From positions 60,266,001-60,330,000 of the forward strand of contig NC_045697.1 in the NCBI RefSeq assembly GCF_009834535.1: a stretch of 64,000 nucleotides of DNA. Reading direction: 5' to 3'. The notes beneath the pieces are model-generated. The model saw only the letters and a program-made list of their open reading frames with translations, was not told the origin of the DNA and did not search any database. Shown piece by piece: positions 1 through 11,670 of the stretch. Position 1 is the stretch's first letter; each line of letters starts with the position of its first letter. The DNA is from Camelus ferus (taxonomy: Eukaryota). A program made the position numbers and the translations under genes.

Positions 1-471
1 ATACAATTTGATGAGTTTGGACATATGCCTATATCCATGAAACTGTCACCACAATTAAGGTAATAAAAATATCCATCACTTCCAAAACTTTCCTCTTGTT
101 CCTTTTTGTTTGTTTTTGTTGTAAGAACACTTATCATGAGATCTAATCTCATAACAAATTTTTAAGTGTATAATAATAAATTGTTATTTATAAGCACAAT
201 GTTGTACAGTAGATATCTAGAACTGATTTGTGTAATGGAAACTTTATATTGACCAACAGTTGTCCATTTCTCCCTTCCCTCAGTCCCTGGCAATCACTAT
301 TTTACTCTCTAAGAGTTTCATTATTTTAGATTCTTTATATAAATTGAATCATACAGTATTTTTCCTTCTGTGACAGGCTTATTTCACTCAGCATAAGGTC
401 CTTTCAGTTCATCCATGTTGTTCCATATGGCATGATTTTCTTCTTTTTTAATGCTGAATAATATTCCATTG
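1..471 (-). mobile_element. LINE-1 3' UTR/ORF2-end fragment (L1MA-like), running off the window start
   Basis: Reverse-strand L1 3' hallmarks: cttatttcactcagcataa, ttcatccatgttgtt, atgctgaataatattccattg, cagtccctggcaatcactatt. Confidence 0.9.
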
Positions 472-522
472 CATCTGGAGATAACCTGCATGGCCATCAG
501 TGGATGAATGGATAAGAAAATG
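472..522 (+). mobile_element. Inverted 5' segment of the same L1 (twin-priming inversion)
   Basis: tggagataacctgcatggccatcagtggatgaatggataagaaaatg is sense L1 sequence that in consensus lies just upstream of caatggaatatt, where the minus segment ends. Confidence 0.75.
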
Positions 523-881
523 CTCCTTCACTTTTGTTAGGACAGCTTTCCTAGCATCATTCTGCCATTTCCATCCTGAGTCATAAAGAGACCCATAGAC
601 CTAACAGTCTCTCCATCATTGAGGACAGGTCATTTAGAGACTTGTTCCCAAGCAGTGTGGAAGCCAACTTAAAGACTCTTATGAATGACACAGTTTTCTT
701 GCTTCTCAAAAACAAAGCAAAACAAAATAATCTTTCAGTGTTAAATTGAGAATTTTTTGAAACAATGTATACTTCCTTGGTTACAACTGTATATGAATAG
801 ATTGGCATCAGCAGAAGAATTTTCAAATGAAAACAACTGTACACAGCTATTTAAGCCATTTTATTCTAATTGCATTTCATC

Positions 882-882
<1 letters not shown>

Positions 883-912
<30 letters not shown>
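883..912. repeat. (CAT)10 microsatellite
   Basis: Directly visible perfect trinucleotide run. Confidence 0.98.
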
Positions 913-914
<2 letters not shown>

Positions 915-966
915 CACATTGTTGAAAACCCATTATGGACCACATGGCATAAACATTGTTCCTGCT

Positions 967-1027
967 TATATCAGTTAAGATTCTCCATGGAAAGAAAACA
1001 AATAAGATATTTAAATTGTGTGTGTGT

Positions 1028-1108
<81 letters not shown>

Positions 1109-1465
1109 CTGTCTATCCATCTAGAGATTAGAGTGACAAAGATTTTAAGAAATTGACTCACATAATTGGGAAGGCTTACAAGTCCAAAATTGAAGGGACA
1201 GTTGATGTTGCAGCTTGAATCTGAAGGTAATCTGGAAGCAGAATTACCTTTTCCTTAGGTGACCTCAGTCTTCTTTGACTTAATGAAGACAACTGATTGA
1301 ACGAGACCTATCCACATACAGAGAAATCTGCTTTACTCAAAGGCTGCTGATGTGAACGTTAATCTCATCTAAAAAATACCTTTACAGCAACATCTGAACT
1401 AGTGTTTGACTAAACCATCAAGTGCCATGGCCTAGTCAAATTGATACACAAAATTAACCATCACA
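967..1465 (-). mobile_element. MLT2-family (ERV-L) solo LTR
   Basis: Minus strand starts tgtgatggttaattttgtgtatcaatttgactaggccatgg (MLT2 5' end); left end tcagttaagattctcc...aaacaaataagata matches the reverse complement of the MLT2 3' end; internal aatctgctttactcaaag and ttaatctcatctaaaaaatacc. Confidence 0.88.
1017..1104. repeat. Compound (TG)n(TA)n microsatellite inside the MLT2 LTR
   Basis: Directly visible: about 48 bp of TG followed by about 40 bp of TA. Confidence 0.98.
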
Positions 1466-2125
1466 CAGAACATGGGTTTAAAGCCAAGTCAGCCTCTCCA
1501 GAAAGTCTCAAGTTTTTCCATTTTAACTTGCTGACAAGCACAATGCTTTGTGTATAGAGAAAGAGCAATACTTTTGATTGAATGCATAAAATAACAGACT
1601 TTTCCCCCTTCTCATCTTACATGGTGTTATTTATTATTCTAAGCTAAATTGGAACCTCAATGTGATGTAACCATTTTGGTTTGTCTCTTGATAGTTAATG
1701 AGAGTTATTTGCCACCAAGACTATCCAAGTCAAAATGATTATAATCAGTTCCAAAGTTATATTTTGATTGCAATAAATAGATCAAATGTTCATTAATATT
1801 GAAGCCAGAATGCTAAATCTACTGTTTTTCCCTCATTTACTTTTTTTAACATCTAAAAAATTTTAGATAAGACCTGATTTATTTCAGCTACATTTGGAGC
1901 TTGTTTTATTAGAATAAATATAAGAAACTATGAAATGTGCACATTAAGTGGGAAAATTGTGTCTTGAAGAAAAGAACACCCCCTGACTCTCCCATTCATT
2001 TACTCTTAAACCTTTTGACATAGCAAATTCCCCACTGGGCCAACCTGTCTCCCTAAGCTGCTCTTTAAATTCTGCTACCCCTGAATATTCCTTTGGTCAG
2101 TGTTAAATGATTAACATAAGACTTA

Positions 2126-3207
2126 GTTAAACTTATAAGCCTTTGCACAGCAAAGGAAACCATAAGCAAAAAAAAGACAACCTATGGAAGGGGAGAAAAT
2201 ATTTGCAAAAGTTGAGACCACAAGGACTTAATTTCCAGAATATATAAACAGCCCGTATAACTTAATGATAAAAAAACAAACAACCCAATCCAAAAATGGA
2301 CAGAAGACCTAAATAAGCAATTCTCCAATGAAGACATACAAATGGCCACTAGGCACATGAAAAAATGCTCAATATTGCTAATAATCAGAAATGCAAATCA
2401 AAACTACAATGATGTATCACCTCACACTTTCAAAATGGCCATCATTAAAAAGTCCACAAATGGTAAATGTTGGAGAGGGTGTGGAGAAAAGAGAACCCTC
2501 CTACACTGAGAACGTAGTTTGCTGTAGCCATTATGGAAAATAGTATGGAAATTCCTCAAAGAACTAAAAGTAGACTTACCATATGATTCAGCAATCCCAC
2601 TCCTGGCATATACCCAAAGGGAATTTTAATTTGAAAAGTACATGAACCCCAGTGTTCATAGCAGCACTATTTACAATAGCTAAGATATGGAAACAACCTA
2701 AATGTCCATCAACAGAGGAATGGATAAAGATGCTATGGTATATTAAACAATGGAATACTACTCAGCCATAAAAAGTAATAAAATAATGCCATTTGCAGCA
2801 GCATGGATGGACCTGGAAATTGTCATTCTAAATGAAGTAAGCCAGAAAGAGAAAGAAAAATCTCGTATGATATCACTTACATGTGGAATCTAAATAAAAG
2901 ACAAATGAACTTATTTACAAAACAGAAACAATTTCACAGACATAGAAAACAAACTTATGGTTACCACTGGGGGAAAGGGGTGGAAAGGGATAAATTGGAA
3001 TTATTAGGTATTAACTACTATATATAAAATAGATAAAACAAATTTATACTGTATAGCACAGGGAACTATATTCAATATCTTGTAGTAACCTATAATGAAA
3101 GAGAATATGAAAATCAATATATGTACATACATGCATAACTGAACAATTATGCTGTGCCACCAGAAATTGACACAACACTGTAAACTGACTATACTTCATT
3201 AAAAAAA
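2126..3207 (+). mobile_element. 5'-truncated young LINE-1 (ORF2 C-terminus, 3' UTR, A tail), cetartiodactyl/camelid-type, with 8-bp TSD
   Basis: ORF2 zinc-knuckle region [14 protein letters not shown] at about 2465-2506, disrupted; ggaatctaa ORF2-type end at about 2893; 3' UTR actgtatagcacagggaactatattcaatatc...gaaattgacacaacactgtaaactgactatacttca; aagactta at 2118-2125 and 3206-3213. Confidence 0.95.
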
Positions 3208-4044
3208 GACTTAACATCTGTCAGAATTTATGCTGCAATGAAATATTTAAATGTCCAATAGTTTTAAATAAATCCAGATAAATTCTTCTTTTTTGATCCA
3301 CTTTATAACAATCCATCTAGAAAACAAAACACCGACAAAAAAAAATCATTTAAAAGTTATATCAGATAAGTAAAAGCAAACAAAGGGACTTAAATTTCTT
3401 GATTTGTGCTTTTAGGCATCACATCTTTTTTTTATGAACCTAAATATATATTTGAATTTATGAGGTGGTGGGTGGTTTTTGGATAAGACAAATTTAAGCT
3501 CTTTAGTGTTTCCCTTTTGTTTTCTTTTATCCAGATCTAAAAATATAGTTTAATCATAGCTGAGGCTTCTTACATACAGTCATATTAATACAGCATTCAG
3601 ATTTCTTTTGGTGCTCATATTCATCTATATATGCAAAATATTCATACATAATTTCCATTTGAATGTTCCTTTATTTCCACTTTAAATAATGGCATTGATA
3701 TAAGAAAAATCTTTCTTCAGTTAAATACCTATCTTCAAATTCAGGTCTATTATAGGCCTTATTTCATGAAGACATTAGAAAATTATCTTAAATGTCTAAT
3801 GACTAAGAAATACTATCCTACATGCTATATTGGTTTAGGTTGCTTTTAGAATTGGTTGGCTATAAAATGTTTAGCAAATCTGTTCTTTTCCTTCAAAAAT
3901 GTAGTAAAACTTCTGGAGATATAAAATAGTACTTGGAAAATGATAGATCTATTAGCAGTCAGCTCTTACCTGGGTCTCTAGAAAAGAAGAAATCTCCATG
4001 TTGACTGTCTTATCCTCAAGGAATCATTCTCCACACTGGAGTTG

Positions 4045-4330
4045 GAAGGCTCTTTCTGAAGTGGAAATCTGTTTACTTCTTTCTCCTGCTTGATCATCTC
4101 AATAGCAACCCATTGCTCTAACGGTAAACAGCCAAACCCCTTCACAAGGTCTCAAGGCTCAAGTTACAGGATTCCTTACTTGGCTCTTGGGCTCATCTCA
4201 CATCCATGCCCTTGCTCTCTGTGTGTTACTCTCACTCACCTTCTTCCATTTCTCCCCACTCGAGGCCATGCACACTCCCACAGTCAGGCTCTGGAGCCTG
4301 CTGTTCCCCCTGCCAGGGACCCTCATCCAC
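4045..4330 (+). mobile_element. L2 LINE fragment
   Basis: Degenerate L2 3'-region motifs (tctttctgaagtggaaatctg, cccattgctct, tgctgttccccctgccagg). Confidence 0.55.
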
Positions 4331-5339
4331 CTCCTTCATTTAAGTAGCTTTGTCTCCAACAGGTCTCCCTTTATTCAGCAATTCTTTAGCAAATCCCCCC
4401 TACAACTCCTTGATTGGACAAAACCTTTCTACTATGCACTCCATAGCACTATTACTTCTCTCATGTCGTTTATAACACTTAAAAGTTTTCCTTTATTTGA
4501 ATATTTTGAAAGATTATCTTTCTCACTGGTCTGTAGGCTTCATTTCTTCATTAAACACCCATTCAATTCTACTTACATAAATTCATATGACTTTTAAGCT
4601 GTATAGAAATAAAACAGAGTTTATAAGTTGATATTCAATCTTTGCAGACAAAAATAGACTTTTAAATGTGAGGATGTTCTGGTAATTCTTCTGGATTTAT
4701 GCTGCTTTATAGGTAAGCTTCTTTTTGTTTGTTTGTTTAAGCTAGAACACAGACAAGATTTAACAAAGGACAACAGTTTTATAGCTAGCAAGGTTAAGAC
4801 AGGTTCCCTAAGCTGAAATCATGTATGGAGATGATGTTTTTCCTGAAGAGGGATGAAAGAAACTGGTGGTCATAGGACATAAACTTACATGACTATTTGG
4901 GTCTGTTTAATGTTTCCTAAGCATTGCCAGGACCAAATCACCTTTACTATGAGTTAAGGTACAATATTGCAGTGACATCAAAGTTCTGATAATAATAAAG
5001 CAGTACTGCACCTAAGTGAGTTGATGGGCGTTCTTAAAGAAATCATTGCTTAACACTGACTTCAGCATAAGTGACACCTCCTTGAAGAGGACCTTACCAC
5101 TCTTCTTCCCTGTGTTTGCAGACAGCCAAACTCCTCTTGCTTTATCCTTCTCCTAATCTGCCTGCATGGCTTTCAATAGTACCATTCAGAGCATAGATTA
5201 CAATGTCTTATTGTATGTAGATCCTGCATAACTTTCTAACCTCATATTTTTGGATACCCTTGACCATTGGTACCCAAAATGATTGACATCATTTTATACA
5301 CTTTAAAAAACAAGGAGAAAAAAAAGTCAAGCAATCTCT

Positions 5340-5685
5340 TTCCACCTAAGATTTTTGTATATACTTCTCTCCCTTCATAAAATATCCTTCTGCAAAACCA
5401 CACATCTGACTTCTCCATCTGACTCCTTCAAGTGTCTGCTCAGATATCACTTTCACAGAGAGACATTTCATGACTGATCAAAAGCATTTTCATTATGCTC
5501 TTTTATTATCTGTTCATTTTTCCTCAGTGGTACTTAAATTTTACAACGGCTACATGTTTATCTGTTTCTTTCCTGCACTGAGCTGTACATATTGTGAAGG
5601 CAGGCACCATGCCTCTTTTGTTCACCACCAAATATATAGAGTGTGATCTAGTGACTAATCAACTGTAAGTATTCAGTAAATTCCT
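5340..5685 (+). mobile_element. L2 LINE 3' end
   Basis: ctgctcagatatcactttcacagagag, tgaaggcaggcaccatgcctcttttgttcacc, tattcagtaaat. Confidence 0.65.
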
Positions 5686-8363
5686 AGCAAACTACCAATT
5701 GACATAAAAGGGAAAGAACCAGGAACACAGAATCATTCAAACAAAAATCAAAGGAAGGTAAATGTTTGGTAAGCAGTTACAATGATTAATAAAGAGAGGA
5801 AATGAAAAACACTAAAATGTCTTAGATTAAGACATTTTTTGGATCTAGTAAATGTAGAAGCAACTACTTCATACTGCCAAGATTGTTACCATTGAAGAGA
5901 TGCTCAAGATTATCCATAGGAACAAATTGAAATAACCCTTTTCTAACACTGATTGATAGCAGCACATCTGTCCCCTTGAGGATATGAGATTATTTTGTAG
6001 TCAACATGGATAGAAGCCAGAAATGTAGGAGATAAGCTTGGACTGGCACAAGAATCCATATCAGGTAAAGGGGTTTATCTATAAAGAAGAAACAGAAAAG
6101 TGCAGAGAGAAAGGGAACAAGAGTGAGAGAGACAAAGAGGGAGAAATGACTTCCACATTTCACTCCTACTATGAACACAGTATACCTGATGGGACTGGTA
6201 ATCAAACTTCCTTCATCCAATGGCAGAGTCTGGATTTGACTTTAGACATTGTGTCTCTAGATTCTAGCTCTTAACCATGCTCTGGCATTGTGCCATTTGG
6301 TCTGTGATTAGTACCTGAGTCCCATCTTTAGTTTTAATTGAAAGAAAGTGGGTATGGCCAGGAGTGAGTGATATTATTCCACTTTTACTAATATAATTGA
6401 AGCTCCTAATGATTATATTAGGTCAATGACATACATCTATGAAGAAAAAATTACAAACTAAGTATTGCATGATTGAAAATTATTAGTTTTTTTCCCTAAA
6501 GCATAACCCCACACCTTCTGCATACTTTATCCAAAACTCATATGTAATAACATATGGCAGGCATTACTACAACCTGACTCTCATATTGTATCCCTACTTA
6601 AGAAATGACAAATGGCAAGATTAACAATAAATTCCAGGACACTATTAAGGTTTAGTCTGTTTAGACTGTTGGTTGTCTTGTTACAGTTTGGGTAGTATAT
6701 GCAACTATACCTAGTTCAGATGACTCTGCCTTCCAATTCTTTTTCCTTTCTTAAAAACAGACTTTTTTTTACAAAATGGCCAAACACATCTCATCAAACA
6801 TCTCAAGTTCTCAGTTTACTGAATGAATTTGCTTCCTGGAATCCAAATTCTTAAACTATAGAACTACTTCTAGTCCTGATTTTCAAAAGCTACCTGAACA
6901 GGCATTCCTGCTGATAATGTATTTGATTTAGTAACAGAAACAAGTGAATATAATTTCTCTTGGAGAACTGGTTTAATAGTATTTATAGAGACATACAAGT
7001 ATATTTCTAAAAACCCTCTGATTGATTATTCTACATGAAAAATAGAAAATGATTCAATATTATGAAATAATACTTTTGTAAGCCTTCTGTGTTCTATAAT
7101 TCTCTTTTCTCATCTTTCTGCCACTGTGGGGATATTTGCATGAAAATGGTTTTTCTGTTGCTAAGAGTTCATCTGTTCCTGCTGCTTCTTTCTCACCTGA
7201 AGTCACAATTCTCTGAATGTACATCATAATCATCTCTACATAAGCCAATTTCAGTGTTGCAAACAAAGGATTATGCCTTCAACTGAGAGATAAACAGCAG
7301 GAGCAGAATAGATCTAAACCCCAAATGCCTCATTTTATGGAAATGTCCCAATTAATAAAAATTCAATTGAAAAGAAATATTTTAAGTTATATATCAGCAG
7401 CTTTATCTTTCAACTAAAGTTTTCAGTTTTTCATGATGTTTCAATGTGCTTTGTATTACAGAAAAACCTGGTTTAGTCACTCTTAATTGTGCCAGATGTC
7501 TTTTTATCCTTCTGTTTATGTGTAGCATTCTGTCCCAATTCTATCATTTTTAATTATCTAAAGCCTTTGTGCTAAGATTCACATAGAAGTAGTAACTCTT
7601 CCTTGGCATCCATTGATAATGATTGAATAAAGAAGACAACAGATGGGCATGAGTTGCATTGTGGACTCACATGGAGACTAGAATGAACCTTAAATATCTG
7701 TCTATTAAAAATCATGTTCCACATTTAATTGTAATTCCACTTACCGTGGTAGCAGCTCTGCCATGATGCCATAAATTACAACACTTCAGAGATTATCTCA
7801 TAACCTTGAATATATTTCAGTCCAATTTTTCTTTGGATAGTTGGAGTACTAAATAGAAACAAAAAAATAAGCTGATTTACTTCCTATTGTATTATTTCCA
7901 TGAGGTCAAAACTTAGCAAAATTTACCAGTTTCTGAAATGATTTCTTTTTTCCAATTAATGAGGTCAAGTAACATTTACTCAGCATCTAAAACTTGTCTG
8001 ACACTGTTGTAGCAAACAACAGAGATGCCGTAAAGAATGAGGTAGTGTCTTTTTAAGAAAGATAAATGAACAAATGGCACAATAAAATTAGTAGTTTTAT
8101 GCGATGCTTACGTAGTTGTTGAAAAGGTCTGAAAAGAAAGAAGTGCCAGATTCTATCTGGGAGAGACCAGAGAAAACTTCCTAATAGAAGTCTAGCAAGA
8201 TCTGCATCTTAAAAGATCAGTAGGTTTTAACCAAGCAGAGTTTGGGGAAAAATAAAGGAAGAAATGAGTAAGAGAGAAACTATAAGCAGAGAGAACAAAT
8301 ATGAACTAAATCACCCAGGTAAAGCAGCATGGTATATTAAGTCAAAATGATTGGAGACAAATG

Positions 8364-8457
8364 CAGTAATTTTCAAACTATTATGCATATAGGAATCACC
8401 TGGGAGGGCTTGTTAAAGCATAAATACCAAGGCCTCACAAAATCCCTATTCTGATTC
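8364..8457. mobile_element. MER5A-like hAT MITE fragment
   Basis: cagtaattttcaaact...gaatcacctgggagggcttgttaaa...ttctgattca. Confidence 0.7.
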
Positions 8458-8537
8458 AAACTGTACATCTTAAATATATATATAATTTATATTAGTCAAT
8501 TATACATTAATAAAGATGAAAAAACAAACAAAAAAAT
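8458..8537 (+). mobile_element. Short L1 3' tail with A-rich end, abutting the MER5A fragment
   Basis: ctgtacatcttaaatatatataatttatattagtcaattatacattaataaag followed by an A-rich run. Confidence 0.7.
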
Positions 8538-9199
8538 CAGCTCCTTTCAGGAAAATTATACAGTGATGAGAAATTAATTACGGTCTCTTCAACTTTGGGA
8601 GCTGGGCTCTGAAAATGCTTGTGGTAGGAGAATTTGCAGTTGAAGACCTTATAGTGAAAAAGACAGCTGAGAGAGATGGAAGTGATCAGTGATTGGCTGA
8701 AATCTTTATAACTGTATGTACACTCCGGTAAATAAAACAGCAACAATTTTTTTAAAAATACATTTGCTATGACAGAAGGGAAATTCTGGTAGACAGAATA
8801 AAATCATAAATACAAAATAATAAGACATCAACTTTTCAGTAAATGTGCAAGACACATATCAAGAAAAAAAGAAGAAAAAGAATGATATCAACAATGAGAA
8901 AGATCTGAACAAATACCATGGAAAGATTCAAAAGTGTATAAATAATAACTCTCCAAACACTAACGTACACATTTATAGCAACTCCATTAAAATTTCAATT
9001 GTTTTCTGATCTTAACATTTATGTGGAACATTAAATGTCAAATGAATCATCCATCAAAATTCTTTTCCTAATAATTATGACAGTGTAATATCATCACCTG
9101 AAAGTAGAATTCAGTTTATGGAACAAACTAGGATACAGAAACAGATACTTTAAGAAAGTACATTATAGTGACTGAATATACATTGTTTATAATCAAAAC

Positions 9200-9385
9200 A
9201 CTTACTGCACAGTATTTATCTCTGTGATCTTGAGTAAGTACTACCCACACCAAAAAAAAAAAAAAGCTTTAGTTTCCTCTTTTGTAAAATGAAAACATAC
9301 TAGAATACTAGCCCATAGGGATGTTGTGGGAATACATTAGAAAATTCTTGTGAAAGACTCTGGGATATAGTAAATATCAACATTG
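9200..9385 (+). mobile_element. MIR SINE
   Basis: ctgtgatcttgagtaagta...agtttcctcttttgtaaaatg...catagggatgttgtggg core. Confidence 0.7.
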
Positions 9386-9489
9386 TGCTTTTTCCTTTAA
9401 TAATATAGGTTGGTGATGTTTTCGTATCACAACTCTCCTATTCTTTTAGATAGATATTTGGTGTTTCATTGTATTTTATCAAGTACCTA

Positions 9490-10110
9490 TTAACTAATAT
9501 CTAATGTTTCCAATGTGTAGACAATATAAGCAGTGTTAAAATGAGAATCTTTCACAAGCTGTCTTATGCACACATGTAAGTGATTCTTTAACGCAAGTGA
9601 GAAAGATTAGAATATTAGGTCATGGTCTCTCACTTTAAATCATTGTAAATAATCATTAAAAATCTGTACAAAGCTAGACTACCATCAGAAGTACAGGGGT
9701 TAATTTAATTTAACTATACATTGCCCCACACCCTAAATAACATTTGGTATCAGTAACATTTTCATACATTTTAAGCTATATTGGTAAAAATTATTTGCAT
9801 TCCTTTAGTTATGCATAGAATTGGCCATCTGTTTATATGTTTGTTAGATAATAATTTTTTTTTATATAAATTATCTCATAATATGCTTTGCCTATTGTTC
9901 TATCGGGTATGTTGTGTTTGTTTGGTTTTTGTTATTGCTGGGTTTTTTTGTTTTTGGGGGTTTTTTTTACTTTTCCTTGTTTGAATGAGTTGTATTCTTT
10001 CTAAAAATGGAGAAAATTATCAATTTATTGTGTTTGTTCAAACAGTGTTTTTTCTAGCTTGTCGTTTTTGTTTTGATTTGCTTACAATACTATTTACCAT
10101 ACAGAAAGTT
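9490..10110 (-). mobile_element. Old L1M fragment
   Basis: T-rich degenerate reverse L1 ORF2/3' motifs (ttatttgcattcctttagtt, catctgtttatatgtttgttag). Confidence 0.5.
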
Positions 10111-10504
10111 TTTACTGATGAAAACTCCCTGGGAGACACTTTATACCCCAGACCTCTTCAGTGGTAGTGCAACAGGCCAGCTGGGAGATTAGACAATGCC
10201 AGAGATTAGTATAATAAAGAATGCAAAATGTTTTCATGTATTTATGGCCCTGGAGATTAAAAATACTTTATAAATTATCATCTTGAACCACTTTTGGGAA
10301 CTGGCCTTGGCAGTGTTGTGGGGAGCAAAAGCTGTATGCTAATCTGAATTTCTGACTTTTTTTTTATCATGTAAGACTGAAAAATTTGTCTAGAAGGCAA
10401 TATTTTAGTAAAATACATCATCTGGATTATTTTGAGCATCTATCTGGAAATGCCGTCAGCACCTCATGGATGTATTCTTTTTTTAAAGCAGAGACCTATA
10501 GTCT

Positions 10505-11254
10505 TGTTACCAAACAGAACTTGGGTCTGCTTGTCCACTGCATGGCAAAGCCAATCTACTGACACCGCTCGTGGTAAAGGAAAGTACTGTGTTTATTGCT
10601 GGGCACCAAGCAAAGAAGGCAGGCGGCCCATGCTCAAAGACCAGAACTCCCTGTTGGCTTTCAGGGAAACGATTTTAGAGGCAACATCTGGGGTGAAAGT
10701 TGCAGCTCATGGACTTTTTTCCGGTTGGCTGGTGCTGAGGTAACAGGATATCTTAATCATCAACCTTTTTGTTCTAACGAGTCTGGGGTGGACATTCTTG
10801 TTGTCAGCAAGTAGTCACCATCCTCCACTTGGGGGTGGGTGGGTCTTAGTTTCTGCAGAACAACTCAAGATATGCATCAGGTTGTTATGTATATACTTTG
10901 AGGAGGAACTAGAATCTTGTTTTATTGCTGAACTATTGTTCAAGCTTTCTTGCTTAACTGCTTGTCCTTTGTTTCTGTATTCTGTCACTTCGCTAGTTAG
11001 TAACTGCTTGAGTCTGCTTTTTGGAACTCAAGGAAGGCCTAGGAGACTAAAACCTTTTTTCTTTCTTCACAGGGGACTTTTGTACCCAGGAGGACCCCCA
11101 CAATGTCCTTCCTACTTGGTTTCAATTCCCCTTTTCTTTGATACATCTCAATTCTGTAGGTAACAGGGGCAGGTCAAGAAAGGGAATACAGTTTTAGATA
11201 GAGAGGTTAATCATAGATGCAGCAGAGGGACTCAGTTTTGGGGATTCGGTTTCA
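10505..11254 (-). mobile_element. ERV1-class solo LTR (750 bp) with 4-bp TSD
   Basis: TG...CA termini (tgttacc...ggtttca); gtct duplicated at 10501-10504 and 11255-11258; minus-strand AATAAA at 10592-10597. Confidence 0.85.
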
Positions 11255-11561
11255 GTCTCTGTATTTTAATAGCCTTAAATTAAGCATTTTGAAAGCTTAA
11301 CTCACTTAGGTGAAATAATAAGAGTGAATGATATAATAAAAAGAGTAGATAAATTTAACAAGATACATATAACTATGGCCAAACAAGTTTTGGTAGTTGT
11401 TTTTGTTTAACTAAAAAATATTAAACACTTCTGGCAAGTGCTTTAGGAGAAGGAAAACTTAGTTATTTAGAGCCTGCTACATTCTCAAAAACTTACACAT
11501 GTTATCACATTTACTCCTGATCACTATGGAAACCGATGGCCCCAAATCATCCCTTATTTCT

Positions 11562-11670
11562 CTTCATTTAACAAATATTTATTGGCCGCCTGCTGTATGA
11601 AAGCATTGTTTCCAGAACTAAGAGATATATAGTGAACAAACAGAAATTTTAAAAACCACTTGCCTTCTTA
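11562..11670 (-). mobile_element. L2 3' end
   Basis: ttcatttaacaaatatttattgg...ctgctgtatg...atatagtgaacaaacaga. Confidence 0.75.

Noticed and set aside
757..1161. ORFs with poly-His, poly-Ser, poly-Met and CV/YI/TH repeats
   Set aside because: They are translations of the (CAT)n, (TG)n and (TA)n microsatellites within or next to an LTR.
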